Shown here piece by piece: positions 51,739 to 64,000 of a stretch of 64,000 nucleotides of DNA. The DNA is from Lama glama. Its lineage: Eukaryota. The notes beneath the pieces were generated by a model, which was not told where the DNA came from, searched no databases, and saw only the letters and a program-made list of their open reading frames with translations. The stretch spans positions 22,382,001 to 22,446,000 of the forward strand of contig CM052831.1 of NCBI GenBank assembly GCA_028534125.1. Direction: 5' to 3'. How positions within the stretch are numbered: the first letter of the stretch is position 1; each line of letters begins with the position of its first letter. A program made the translations under genes and the position numbers.

Positions 51739-54035
51739 AAATAGACTTTATTGAGCTTGTAGAAATGGCTTGTTCTGAGTGAGACCTAATCAGCGCCCAC
51801 CCCCATCCCCAGGGCCCATGAAGGGAGAATAAAAATGGCGTCTTGGGAGGGCCTCTATTGGGATGACCTCTGAAGCCCAGCACACCCTGTTTACAGCTGT
51901 TCAGAGCCTTGGGAAGCAAGACAGCCAGAGCCCCTGCACATATGCCTGCCCTCTGGCTGGCCTGGCTGCTGGCTGCTTCACCTGGGACCTGGAGGTCTCA
52001 GGCACCTGCCTTTCTACTTGCTTGTGAGGGTTCCATAGGCTCCTTCTCCTGCATCCTTGCAGGAAAGCCAGGCAAGTGTTTCTTACATGTCTGAGTGCAG
52101 TCTGTGCCTTCAGCTTTGCGCTTCTGGGGGCGTGGGCAGCCAAGGAGGTATTTATCCTGCAACACACCTGCCCTGCCCTGGGGACTAGGGGAAGGCACTG
52201 TTAGATCGTCCCTGGAGCTGTCAGCACCAGGCAGCTGATGAGCTTCCCAGACTCTGCAGTTTCCAGGGAGGAGCAGAGCCTGGATGCCTAAGGGCTTGGA
52301 CTGACAAGAGGCAGCCTGTGTTGAGTCCTGATGAACGAACCCGAACCCGAACCCGGGGAAGCTGCCTCTTCCCACTGGGCAGAGAGGGAGCTGCAATCTG
52401 GGGTCAGGCCTCAGGCTCTACCTTTGGTCAATCTGTGTGACCTCAACATGGTGACAGCTCTCTAAGCCTCAGGTGCTTATATTAGGTGGTGGTGGTAACC
52501 ACCCGCACCAGGTGGTGATGAGGTCGGTTCTGCTGCAGGTGCTTAACAGAGGCCCATGGCTCCCGGGCCCCACCAGTCCCTCTAGGCCGACGGGGCCTGC
52601 TGTAGGTGGGGAACACGCTGCTGACTCAGGACGTTCTGGAGGCCCCCAGGACCTGCTACAGTCCTCCCTGCTGGCGTGTAGAAGAGCCCGGCAGGCCTGC
52701 TGGTCTAAATTGACAGGTTAAGACCCCCCAACTGCCTTGGGAAGTCATGGGCTCCCATGGGAGGCTTTTACGGGGAGTCTGGGCAACCCTAAGTCAGCTT
52801 GTGCAGAGAGTCCAGTGCCTGTGGGTCGGGCTCATCATCCCGGCCCACGCTCGCTGTCCTACCACTGCTGAGCCCTCAGCTGCCGTGCTGTGGCCAGCGG
52901 AGCTGGGGCTCCCAGGTGTTGGGGCTCCAGCCCAGGGCGAGATCCTCTCCAAAGACCCAGATGGTGCCCCTTGCTGGGGACCGCAGGGCAGGAGCAGCAT
53001 CTCCAGGGCACCGGGTGGCAGCTCTGCTCACAGGCCTGGAAAGGGCTGCCGTCGTCGCCGTCTTCAGTGTATACCAGCATCTCGCCTTGAATTTCTCTCT
53101 GAAATCTGCCTTTCTGTGTGGGAGAAAATGTGGATTTGAGGGTCTGCTAGGGATCTGGGAAATGGTCTGGAAGCCCCACCGTGGCTACTAGGTGTAAACA
53201 GTCTGGAAAGGGGTACTCACCACCCCCACAGTGCAGGATCAGCGTGTCCTAGGACGTCTGACCTGGGCCCCCCAGGTGGAGGCGGGCTAGCGCCATGGCC
53301 GCGGGCTGTCTGGGAGGGCTTTGCTAGAATGGCCTGCACGTCACACTCCGGCCTCGACAGAGCCACCAGCCAGACCTGCAGCTGGGGCAAAGCATGGTTC
53401 TTGGAGAGCTGCATTTGTCTTTAAAACAGCATAGAGCTGCCTCGTCCAAGCCAGTGTGTATGGCCACACTGAGGTCAGAGCTGTGGGGGACTCGACTCGG
53501 GCTCTCATTTGGGCCAATTCTTCCCCAGAGAGTTCCTTTTCTTGCTCATGTGGGGCCCGACCCAAGACCTCACTGCTCTGAGAATCTAGGGGCCAGGTTG
53601 CTGCTGGGGACAGGGGGACAGGGGACCCTGGGGTGCTCTGCTCACTCTGAGCTCTGTCTCTCCAGCCTCATTTCCAACCCCTTTCCCCTGTGAAGGTGCT
53701 GCAGGACCGTAAGCTGGGCGACACTGCTGGGGCTGGTGGCAGGCAGGACTGGCTACGGGGCCTGCATGAGACGAGGAGAAGTATGGGGCCTCGGGTCCTT
53801 GAGGTGGCTTGGCCAGGTTGAGGGCAACAAGAGAGGTCCTTTGTTGCGGTGCCTCCCAAAATGACACTCCCTGCTAGCCCTCCCCACGGCTCCCCTGGGG
53901 CTGGGTTCTTACCAGTCCCCCACTGGGGCTGCCAGCCCTCTGGAAATGTAGATGCCTTAGCTCAGCCGTCATCTCTCCTAATTTTGGATTTTGGTAACTG
54001 AGCTCCCAGAAAACCAAATTGCAGGCATCTTTATT

Positions 54036-54091
54036 TTCCTTCCTTCCTTCCTTCCTTCCTTCCTTCCTTCCTTCCTTCCTTCCATCCTTCC
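54036..54091 (+). repeat. (TTCC)n tetranucleotide microsatellite, about 14 units with one ATCC variant
   Basis: Directly visible tandem TTCC array. Confidence 0.97.
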
Positions 54092-55005
54092 TAGAAAGAG
54101 GAGGTTAGGTTAGGAGTTATTTGTTAGGAAGAGCATCTCAGGGCAATTCCTACCCCACCCCTTCATGTCCTAATTTTCCTAACGTGAAATAAAAGAACAG
54201 ATATCTGTGATTTAAATCATGATCCCCCACCTACCCTTCACCAGATTCTTGGGGTCCCAGGGATGAATCTGCACTTCCTGCCAGAGAAACCAAGGGAGGC
54301 AGGTCAGGTGGGCTGGATGACAAAGCCAGCAAGAAGCAGCTGAGTCCAACCCCTGCCCGTGGCAAGCGTGCTGCCCTTTATTCCTGGGCCACCACTCCCA
54401 GGAGCACTGGACAGGATGTGTTGTTAGCTCCCTGCAGGCCTGTCTTCCTGTCCTGGAAACTCTGTTATCCTCCCACCCGGTACTGTCCTTGTCCCTCTGT
54501 CCTCTGATCTCCGTGGTGGCCGTTTACGTGAGAGCAGGCTGGCGAGAGGGCAGATCAGAGGAGACGGGCCCCTGACCCACAGCCGGAGTCCAAATCTGTC
54601 CCCTGTTAGCTCTATGACCTTGAACGTGTTCAGTAACCTTGTGGAGACCGTTTGTAAGCTAGTACCTGTCTTGCTGGGCACATGAGGTGCTCAGAACAAG
54701 CGTGAGGTCACTGTGTGACTGGAGGGAGACTTCTGGCAGGTTTTACCCTTTCCCTAGAACTTGGCCTGTGTGTCCATAGAAATGGAGTTTGATGGTCCTA
54801 GGGTCCTTCTGGCTCTGAAATTCTCAGTAGCCAGACTTACGGTCTCTTGATCCAGTGGTGAAGAGGGAGTTGGGATGGCAGGCAGCCCTTCCCCACCCAA
54901 GGAGGCAAGCACTCCAAGGCCACCTCTTCAGCCATCACAGAGGCCGAGGCCGAGGCCGCCACTCTGGAGGGGCAGCACAGGCTTTGGGGTGGGTGTTTGT
55001 GATTG

Positions 55006-55583
55006 CCGGGAATCCCGGAAACCCAGCCCGCTGAGCAAGCGACAGCACAGTGAGTCACGCTGGCCTGCCGTCCCAGCTCCCTGTCATTAGCCTCATCTTC
55101 CTAAACGGTTTGCTCAAGATGGGCCCCTGATGGCTCCAGCCTTAATTGGGGTGTGGCCATTTAAGGGGGACAAAAATCCCCCCGAGGGGTTCTCTCCAAG
55201 CACCCCCCCCACCCTAGCCTGCCCCAGGCTGCTGAGGAGGGAACCACCTTGCCAAAGCAGCAGTGGCCAGCTGGCGGCACTGGCCCCCGGGATGTCACTC
55301 CACTTCCTGTGAGCATCGCCGCCTGACGCAGCCTTGTTCTGTTGCTGGGTGGGCTCCAGCGCACCCCAGCTGGCTGCCCTGGCAACCTGGGTTCCCTTGC
55401 TTGGCCGCTCTGGAGAAGTCTTTCAAGAGACCCAGGACATGGGGCATTCCCAGCCATGCTCCAGATGAGGCTGGAGCCAGCCCAGAGCACCTGGGGCAAA
55501 GCCATTAGGACGCTTTCAGTGCCAGCCCCTCCTCCAGCTGAGAGCCGCTGTGTGGAAACACTCTCCCAAGAACCTATTTATAG
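55006..55583. promoter_or_regulatory. Candidate enhancer: two CArG boxes with AP-1, ETS, KLF and MEF2 motifs
   Basis: CCTTAATTGG 55140-55149, CCATTTAAGG 55157-55166, TGAGTCA 55051-55057, CACTTCCTGT 55301-55310, CTATTTATAG 55574-55583. Function is inferred from motifs only. Confidence 0.45.
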
Positions 55584-56879
55584 AGCAAGGCCCCGGGAGT
55601 GCTTTCACTTCAGGTGAGGCCACCTCGAGCCCCATCTGCCCGGGCCTGCAGCTTGTGGCAGGAACTCTGGCCCCCATGCACCCTCTCCTACCACCCATGA
55701 GGAAGCTGAGCGCTGCTGGACAAGGAACTCAGGCAGGAGAGGAAGTCATACTCTCCTGCAGCTTCCCTTTCTCAGCTCTTGAGCTGCTCTTTCAGGCACA
55801 AGTGTGTGTTCCTGAAAGCGGGACTTGGGCATCTGTCGTGGGTGCCCAGTGGGCAGAGAGAGGCCTGCCTGCAGGAGCCAGGCTGGTGCTGGCAGTGTCG
55901 CTCGGCCACGCATACTGACATCAGCTCCTGTCCATCCCCATCCTTCCCCAGCTGGGCACCCAGACTCAGCTTTGGTAGGGAGACTGACTTTGGAGCCATG
56001 GCCTTCCCCCATGTTCACCCAATCCGTGTCGTTTGAGTCTCAGGCCTGACCCAGGGCACATCTGCTCAGCTGGCCTCTCCTAGATAACTGCGCTGCCCGT
56101 CCCCTCCACAAATTAGGCTCAGCCCAGGGCCTTGCTTTGACCTGGCAGGTCTCTTTGGAACCATCCAGCTCCCCTAGAAGTTCATATGGTGCCTCCCCAC
56201 CTCTCCACTCAAACTGTGACTCCAGCCAGAGTCACCCCAAGGACATGCCCTCATGCCCAAGGTTGGCATGGGAGGGCCGACCATGTTCCCCAGGGCCAGC
56301 ACACCCCCTGACCTCCACCCTCAGCTCAGTCCCCAGAATCTTCCTCCATGACAGCTGCTTCTGGGTTGGCTTCTCAGAAGCCTCTGAAACTTCGAGCAGG
56401 AGAAGCAATGTAATTAGTCTTCCAGACCCTCCAGGCAGCAGCTCACATGTGCCTGCTAACTGAAAACAGAAGGTGCTCTGTCACAGGGGCCTGGGCTGGC
56501 CCAGGTCAGGGCTGCTGCCATGAGACCTCTTGGCTGGAATTGTGAAGCTGACCTTTGCTCCTGGGGTGGCCCTGGTCCTGAGGTTGGGTCCAGTTCCCCT
56601 AAGAGTTGGGGTGTGCTTGGGAATAGAGCCATCTGTGAGGCCCCAGGATGAGGCATGTCCTGAAGTCTCCTGGTGGGATGAATGCCACTGGCTTGGAGAA
56701 ACTCCAGCTCTGAAGGCCTCTCTGGTGAGGGAAGGGGGCCTTAGGCTGGGGCAGGTCAGGTGAGAGCCCTTCCAACCTGCCCACCACTAAGACCATCCCA
56801 AAGCTAGACCCCCAAGGAGCCAGGACTTGCTGAGATGGTGCCTGCTCCTTTCCTGCCTGGTCTGCTTCTGCCTTTGGCC

Positions 56880-57215
56880 CACTCCATCTGTTCTCAACAG
56901 CAGCCAGAGTCGGCTAAGCTATAAGATTAAAAAATAATAAATCAAAAAAGAAAACCTGTAAGACAGCTTAGGCCATCCCTGCCCAATCCCTTTCAGTGGT
57001 TCCCCAGCCCCCTTCAAGTATAAGCCACAACGTTCACCACAGCCAAGAGGCCCTTCTCCATCCTGTCCATTCCCCCACCCCCATCTCCGACCACCCTTCA
57101 CCCTCCCTTCATTCCCCTCCAGCCACACCAGCCTCCTTAGTGTTCCCTGGACACAACAGGAACATTCCAGCCACAGGGCCTTTGCACCTACTATTCCTAC
57201 TGCCAGGAATGCTCT
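56880..57215 (+). mobile_element. L2 LINE fragment
   Basis: acagcagccagagt...ctccagccacaccagcctcctt...cagggcctttgcacct...gccaggaatgctct. Confidence 0.75.
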
Positions 57216-59044
57216 GACTTCACCTTTCTGTGCCTTGGCCTCCTCATCCATAACATGAGGTAACAACAGTAGTGGTCTCATAAGGCTTCTGGAAAGATTT
57301 GCTGAAACAATCCACACAAAGCTCTGAGAACAGGCTTTGTCCCTGCAGGGCTCCGATCCATGGCCTAGGGAGGGCTAGGCCCCATCATCAGAGTTCTACA
57401 GGCCAGCCAGCTGGCTACAAGGCCGACCCCAGGCTCGGCCTTGGTCGGCTGGCTAGAAACCTGGGGCTCAAACAGTGCTCCTGGAAGGGGGATCTGTTGT
57501 ACCCCGTGAGGCGCACAGACTCTGCTCCCTAACTGCTATGGGTCTGTCTCCCTGGAGACCTCACCACACATGCTGATGTGGTTCCTACACAGCCTTCTCC
57601 CAACCAGGCTTCCAGCCACCAGGCCAGTCTGGGTGCCTGATAGCTGAGAGGGGCTGAGATGGGGGTCAGGGCCAATGGGGCAGTGGCTTCACCACACCCA
57701 CGGCTCTCTGGTGTGGTAGGGGCCACTGGGCTGGATCTGAAGGAGCCTCTTGCTGCTGGCCAGCTGGCTGGCTGTGGAGGGGCTGCCTCCTGCCTGCAGG
57801 GACCCTCCCACCCACCTGTTTTTATCCTGCCCTGAATGGCTCAGAATCCCAGTCAAACAAGGCCAGGGATTTGGGGTTTTTTCTGCCTAAAGGAGAGGAG
57901 TGGGCCCCCTAAGTGGTCTCTCCTACTGCTGCACCCCAACACTGTGGGCCTGGAGGCCTCCTGCAGGGGCCTGGGAGGCTAGCAGCCACCCTTGTAGCGG
58001 GTGGGCACTGGGACTTCTAGGGATGGTCCTCCGCTCCTCTCCCTCTTCCCCCTCCCTAACCCTCCCTACCCCTCCCCTTTCTTCCTCCAAACACATGTTT
58101 CCAATCCCCTCTCGGGCCCCTCTCCCCCTCCCCAGCCCCTTCCCATTTCCTCTCAGAGGCATTGACTCCAATGTGGAACTCATTAGGAGACCCTGAGGGC
58201 TCGTAACCCAACTCTGGCCTGGGCTCGGGGAGGGGGCCTGTCCTCAGCCCCCACGCTGAGGCGAAACGGCCTCCCCGTCTGGCCCCCGTCTGGCTCCGTG
58301 CAGCCTTGAGCTAGAGACCACAGGAGCCGGTCATGGCCAAGAGCTGGGCAATGCGGGTTGGGGGAGTGTGGCCAGGCGTCCGGCTCATCTCAGTCTGGTG
58401 CCCATTTCATCATCCAAGCCTCCTCAGGAGCCAGGCCAGGGCAGCTTCTGGTCCTACTGTGGCTGCTGGACCTGCTGGTGAAAAGCCAACCTCAGGGCTC
58501 CTAGAGAAGACCAGAGGAAGGGTGTGGGGTTCTGACCTGCTACTTGATGACCCTCAGCTTTTCATCTGAAAGTGGGAAGGGAAGTCCAGGGAAGGGAGCA
58601 TGGTTTGAACTGGGCATGTATGAATAAGGCCATTTTCTCTCCGGAAGGGCACAGTCCCAGGGGCTGGAAGTAGAGGTTATGCAAAAAACTGATGCTGTGG
58701 TCACTGGAGTTTGGGAAATGCCAGATGACCAAAAAGCCAGCTACATCCCTACAGGACTTTTCAGAGCCTCTAACACACTCCTAAGCTATGCAGCTGGGGC
58801 CACAGAATTGACAGTGTTTCAGAGACACTTGACCACACAACGCTCTTTATTGAGGTGTGCCTGACGAGCCTAGTGTTCTATGGACCCCACTGTGGGTAAT
58901 TCTACAGAAAGAGCCCTCAGAGGGCAGGAGGCACGTGTCAAAACCCTCTGATGGGAAAGGCTCCCTGAGGGTCAGAGCAGGGGCTGTTTTCTGCTGGGTT
59001 TGAGCAAAGGATGGGAATTGAATAGTGATGACAGCTAAGGAGGG

Positions 59045-59077
59045 GGCAGCAGGAGGCAGCAGGAGGCAGCAGGAGGC
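59045..59077 (+). repeat. Short tandem repeat (GGCAGCAGGA)x3.3
   Basis: Three perfect 10-bp units plus GGC. Confidence 0.85.
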
Positions 59078-62000
59078 TGGTGTGGCCAAGGTTTGGAGGT
59101 GGGACCAGGCTTGAGCTGTGACTGATTCCCTCCCTACCCTTCCTTATTGGGGGTGGGGGCAGGTGTGGGCACAGAGGCAGAGGCATGAGGCTGGTGGGTA
59201 GGGCCTTGCCCCACGGGATGTTGGGAGCATCCATGCCCTACATCAGCCTCAAGACAGGGCAGTCATGGCTCTAGGTTCAGAAAAGTTACTCTGTCTCCTC
59301 TGTCCCTGTTTCCCTTCCTGTTGGGGCCAGCCTCTCTGCTCAGAGCCCATTCTATCCACACTCCCTAGCATAGCTGCTTCCAGTCCCCTTCCCATCCCTC
59401 CGCTTCGGAGTCCTTCCCACAGGGACTCACTGCCTGTCCCCAGGGCCCTCTCCCCACCATCCAGGCATAAGAGGGAGACATGTGCTCAGGCCTGGGCCAG
59501 ACCCTTCACAGGGCACATTTCCTCCCACCTCACAGCAGTCTTGAATGGTATTCTGTACCCCATTATATAGAGGAGGAAGTAGGCCTGGAGAGGGGAGGCT
59601 GCTGGTAGAGTCAGGAAAACAACCAGGCCTCCTGGTCAGGCTCCCCAGTCTCCATCCTCCCATCTTACCTTTGCTTGTCCCAACACGCACGGCACACTCA
59701 CTCCTTGGTCGTCTGACAGCCACATTGGGTTGTCTTGCTTTGTCCAGTGCAGGGCCTGGCAGGTGGTCAGCACTTGACCTTGTCTGGTACAGGTGCCAGG
59801 CCAAGGCCACTGCTGCCCGCAGTGCATGAGGGTGGTTGGGGTCTGTGCCCAGCCCCTTAGGCCAAAGAGGCCTTTCCCTCTGATGGTTCCAATGCAGAAC
59901 CTGCGTGGCTGCCTGCACCCCAGGGAACTAGAGTAGGCAGAAAGTATTGCCCCATTTCACAGATGGAGAGGCAGGGGCACCTCCAGGGGCCACCCAAGTC
60001 CACAACAGCTTCCCAGATCTGTGGGTTCTAGCTCCCTCCTACCTGGGGACTCCATGACGCACTAGTGTTCACCACCTGGGGAATCCAGCCACTCCCCAGC
60101 CTGAGTTCTTGGGCCTGGCCTGATGGTTTGGGGAGGTTTCGACAGAGGGCTCCAGCTCTGGCCAAACTCACCCTCACCAGCCCTGGTTTCAGAGCTGCCC
60201 TTAGGGCTCAGGCCAGAGGGCTGGCTGGCCCTCAGAGGGCCCCACTAGAAGCCACCCTGAGGGTTCATTGGCTCCCTCCTCTCTCCCAGGGGACTGTAGT
60301 TTTTGCAGGGAGGGAGCCTCCCAGGTCTTGGGGCATGTGCCCCAGTGGCAGGAATAGGGCTGTGTGGGGCCAAACCAAGAAGGGGAGTTCCTAGTGCTTC
60401 TAAGGCTGCCTGCCTGCCTGGGGATGCTGCACATCCAGCTCCAGGCTGCTGCTGGACAGCTAAGCCCATGTAGGGTGGCACTGGGCATGAAACCTGGATG
60501 GGGCTGAGCGCTGAGGCTTCAACCCAGCCACCTCGTGCCTGGGCCAGACCAGCTGGCTCCCAGACCATGTCCCCAGCCTCATCATGGTCACGTGAGCACT
60601 GTCACTGTCACAATCAATGCCTCATAGGAGGGATTCCTGAAAAACAGGGCTGTGTGGGCGGATGGGGAGGGGACCAGACAGGCCCAGGCTGGCGGCAGGC
60701 AGATGCTAATGAGGCAATTAGGCCTGGCAGCTACAGAGACCTAGCAGGCTGTGCCCCTTGGCCCACCAGAAGCTGACCCAGCCCAGGCCCCTGGCACATC
60801 CGCCTGCCAGGTACCCTGGGAATTCCCAGCCTCCTCCACCCTCCCAGCCTCAAAGGTTGGACTGGCTTTGCTGTCAGGAGCCTGCCACTCCTAGCTCTCC
60901 TAATCAAAAAACCAGAGCTGGTTTGGCAAAGACAGACCAGGGCACCATCCTAGACTCCACCCCAGCTCCTTGTCTTTGCTCTGGCTGGGAATGCCTGCCC
61001 AAGATGCCCTCCCGTCCCCCCACCCCTGCTCAAACCATCCAGGGCTCCAGGCCCTTCCTGGCCAAGGTAGCCTCAGAAGGATCAGAAGCTTCAGGCAGGA
61101 AGCCAAGGGTGACATGGTGGCCAGAGGCCAACACCTGAGGACCCTTGCTCCCCAAAGCCCTGGCTTCTATCCCTCAGAGCCCCACGTGGGCTCAGGAGGT
61201 GCTGCCTATAAGCCCTGAAGTGTTGTTAAAGGGAGGGGAGATTGGCCAACAGCAGAGGGGCCTGCAACAGGAAAGGGCTTGCCTTCACTCATGACTTTGG
61301 GGCAGGGGACCGGCCCACCCAGGCTAACCTGAGTCCTTTTCCCCTCTCCTCTGCCTTCCTCCCAGCCCCAAGGAGATCAGTGCTAGCCGCCAGGTTTTTC
61401 CAGGCTGCTGAGCTGCTCCTCCTGGCCCTCTAGGGATGACCTCAGTGTTAGCAGATGGGGCTCCCCGACCCAGCTCAGCCCCTCTTCCAGGCTCACGAGG
61501 GGTAGTGGGCAGGCCTGGAACCCAGGCTTGGGAACTGAGGGGCCCCTGGGTCCACCAAGAGGTGGGAGTTTGGGTTCAACCTGCAGCGGGAGGCTGAGCT
61601 AGCGACACTCAGATGGGGGAGGGAGCGCCCTCTCTGAAACGGAAATTGGGGCCCTGCAGGAGCAGGGATCCATCCCTTCATGGTGAGGAGCCTTCTGGCT
61701 CCAGGTGATCTCACTGAGTGACTCTGGGCAGGTCATGCAGGACAGGCTGAGGCCCAGGTGGGGAATGGAAGTGAGAGCTTCTGGAATCCTCTAGTATGGC
61801 GGGGAGGGCCGAAGGCATTTGAAATCACAGGACCATGTGCTCATGACTGGCAATACAGAGTCCAGAAGGAAGTCAGGATCCCAATTCTGACTCAGCTCCT
61901 TCCCGGATGCCCACTCTGGCTCTGGAGGATAAGTGGATTTAGGGGGAAGAATAAGAAAGCAGTCAAAGAAAAGAGGCTGGAAAGGAGGGCTGAGGAGGGC

Positions 62001-62129
62001 TGAGTGTAAAGACCCTGAAGAGACAGTGGGCAGGATGATGTAGGGGCAGCGGGGTAGCGAGGGAGATTGGAGGGCAACCAGAGAGTCCTGGACACTGAAG
62101 GGAAGCCAGGTGGTGGGGAGAGGGGCCCT

Positions 62130-62310
62130 GCTAGATCACCAAGGGCCGGGTCTGATTCACATTCTCAAAGACCCCTCTGGCTGCTGTGTGGGGAATGGAC
62201 TGTGGGGATGGGGCAGGGGGCCAGCAAGGAGGCTAGTGAGATGGTCCAGGGGTGAAAGAGGAGGATGTGGACTGTGTCAGTGGACAGATTTTGAAACTGG
62301 GTGGTGGGAA
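62130..62310 (-). mobile_element. L2 LINE fragment
   Basis: tctgattcacattctcaaagacccctctggctgctgtgtggggaatggactgt...aggaggcta...ggtccagg...gtggacagattttgaa. Confidence 0.6.
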
Positions 62311-64000
62311 GGATCAGCTACATGTGCCATGAAAGTGGGAAGAGCATTTGATAGCACATATGCCACCTGCAGGATATAGCCTCCCCTCCTGACAGGGCGA
62401 GTAGCTTGTCCAGGCCCCCAGTCTGCCCCTCACCCTGCCGGTGTTGGTCCCTTACCACTCCAGTGATGGGAAAGGGCTGGCAGAGCAAAGGGCCCCCTGA
62501 AGAGCGTGCTTGGGTCTCCTCTGCAGGAGCCTGGAGCCACAGTGAGAGCTGGCTGGGGGCCCCTGGGTTCTTAGTCCAGGGCCCAGCCCCTTGCCACAGC
62601 AGGGGTTAGAACCAGGGGCCTTATTTTCCCCATCTGTCAAGTGAGTTGACAGCCCTCCAAGGGCTGGTGCAAAGCCTGGACATGGGGCCAGAAGGAAACA
62701 AGACTTGAGACGATCAGGTGTGCTCCTGACCAGTAAGCCCACAGGGGCCTATGTGTGGGAGCCCTAGGCAGGCACATCCCCCCTCCCCCACCAACCAACC
62801 GCCTTTCCACTCGCCCGTGTTTATGTGTTTCCTTCCCATCACCTGGGCCACCGTGACTCACCCCAGGCCCAGTGGGTGAGTGAGTAACTGGCTGGGGTTG
62901 GAGCCAAGCCCTTGGGCCAGATATTTCCCTTCCTAGGCCTCAGTTTTCCCGTTTGGAGAATGGATAGACAAGCCCTGCTCTGCTCACGTTACTGGAGAAT
63001 CTGGGGCAACGCAGACCTGAGGAGGTGAAAGCTGCAATGGGGTGAGGGCAAAGTAGGGGACAGCCTTTGTGTTGGGACCAGGCCTGCTTGACATCAGTTC
63101 CAAGACAGCCCCGAGCAGGGCTTAAAATGCTCACTTGCCCAGGCTGACCAGCCCAGCAGACCCCCTCCTCTTAGGGGGCCCCACACTTTAGAGGGGTTGG
63201 AATGGAGGATGGGTAGGGCCCAAAATCTCTGGGCGACCTCCTGGGGGACTCCAGTGTTGAAGGGAGGCGCACACAGGAAAAGTCGCAGAGAGAGAAGGCT
63301 CTACACCCAGCCCTTCTCCACCCCAGACCCCTGCAGGCTGAGCAGCCCATAAGTGGGCAGAGAATGGAAAATGCTGGGCCCTGCCTGGGGGGACTCGGAG
63401 CAAGAGCAGACTCTGCTGAGGTTAAACAGGGCAGGCTTTCTAAGGCCATGGCCCCTCAGAAGCTGGAGATGATTTCAGAGGGTGGGGTGTGGAATGAGGA
63501 AGTGCATAGAGGCAGGGGCACCGTGTCTGGGGCACCAAGTAAGAAGCAGAAGAAAGTCAGGGTGAGATGAGCTGGGGGTGGGGACGGAGAAGCCATGGCT
63601 GGTCTAGCTATGAATTGGGGTCTCAGCAAATAGGCTTTATCTCCCTTGTCCACCAAAGTCAGTCAATTGGTCCTGCCTGCTTGGATGGGTTTTGAGGCCA
63701 GAGGATGGTTCAGAAAGAGAAGGTGCTGTGATTGACTAGTAATGTCTGCCAGGGACAAATCATAGCACAGTGGTGAAGGTGGCTGGCCCCAGTGGGCTGC
63801 TAAGTGGTCGGGAAAGGCACACTCTCAAGTGAGTGGCCATGGTGAATCCACCTGGGGAGGTTGGCCCAGGGCCTGCAGTCACTCCTAGGTGGGGAGCTGG
63901 GAGAAGGAAGAATCTGTCTCATTTCCCTCTGAAGTCCCACTTCACCGCCCGGCACACTCCCTCGCCCAGGGCAGCGTGCTCAAAAAATGAGCAGGAACTG

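Larger units (their letters stand above)
51112..51760 (+). other. POC1A: POC1A 3' UTR (long form; end approximate)
   Basis: Follows the stop codon. The end is inferred from ATTAAA at 51733-51738. A shorter form ending near 51215 and a longer one ending after AATAAA at 51828 are both possible. Confidence 0.6.

Noticed and set aside
51900-64000. DUSP7 coding exons or an intergenic lncRNA
   Set aside because: No rhodanese or phosphatase peptide and no CpG island are visible. A lncRNA cannot be supported from sequence alone.

Overview
Mammalian genomic DNA, most likely camelid (inferred from a vic-1-like tRNA-derived SINE, cetartiodactyl-type L1 3' ends and no ruminant or pig SINEs recognised). 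The window holds the 3' part of POC1A (centriolar WD40/Poc1-domain protein) on the + strand. Four phase-0 coding exons (8940-9008, 11377-11475, 33955-34098, 51013-51111; apparently exons 8-11 of the human gene) have canonical AG/GT boundaries, and the 3' UTR carries several poly(A) signals. The rest is intron and about 12 kb of downstream intergenic DNA, which by recalled human synteny leads towards DUSP7 (not seen here). It contains ordinary repeats (L1, L2, MIR, MER5A/20/58, MLT1), a nested and rearranged L1 cluster at about 25-29.5 kb, two assembly gaps and several dense transcription-factor motif clusters. Almost all ORFs in the supplied track look like chance ORFs in GC-rich non-coding DNA. 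I see no evidence for a new multi-gene system. The best leads are candidate enhancers (a double CArG/AP-1/ETS/MEF2 cluster at 55.0-55.6 kb, a CRE plus ETS/AP-1 element at 40.2 kb, an ISRE plus GAS pair at 48.46 kb), POC1A 3'-end processing variants and an internally inverted L1. Repeat subfamily calls are by eye and their boundaries are approximate.
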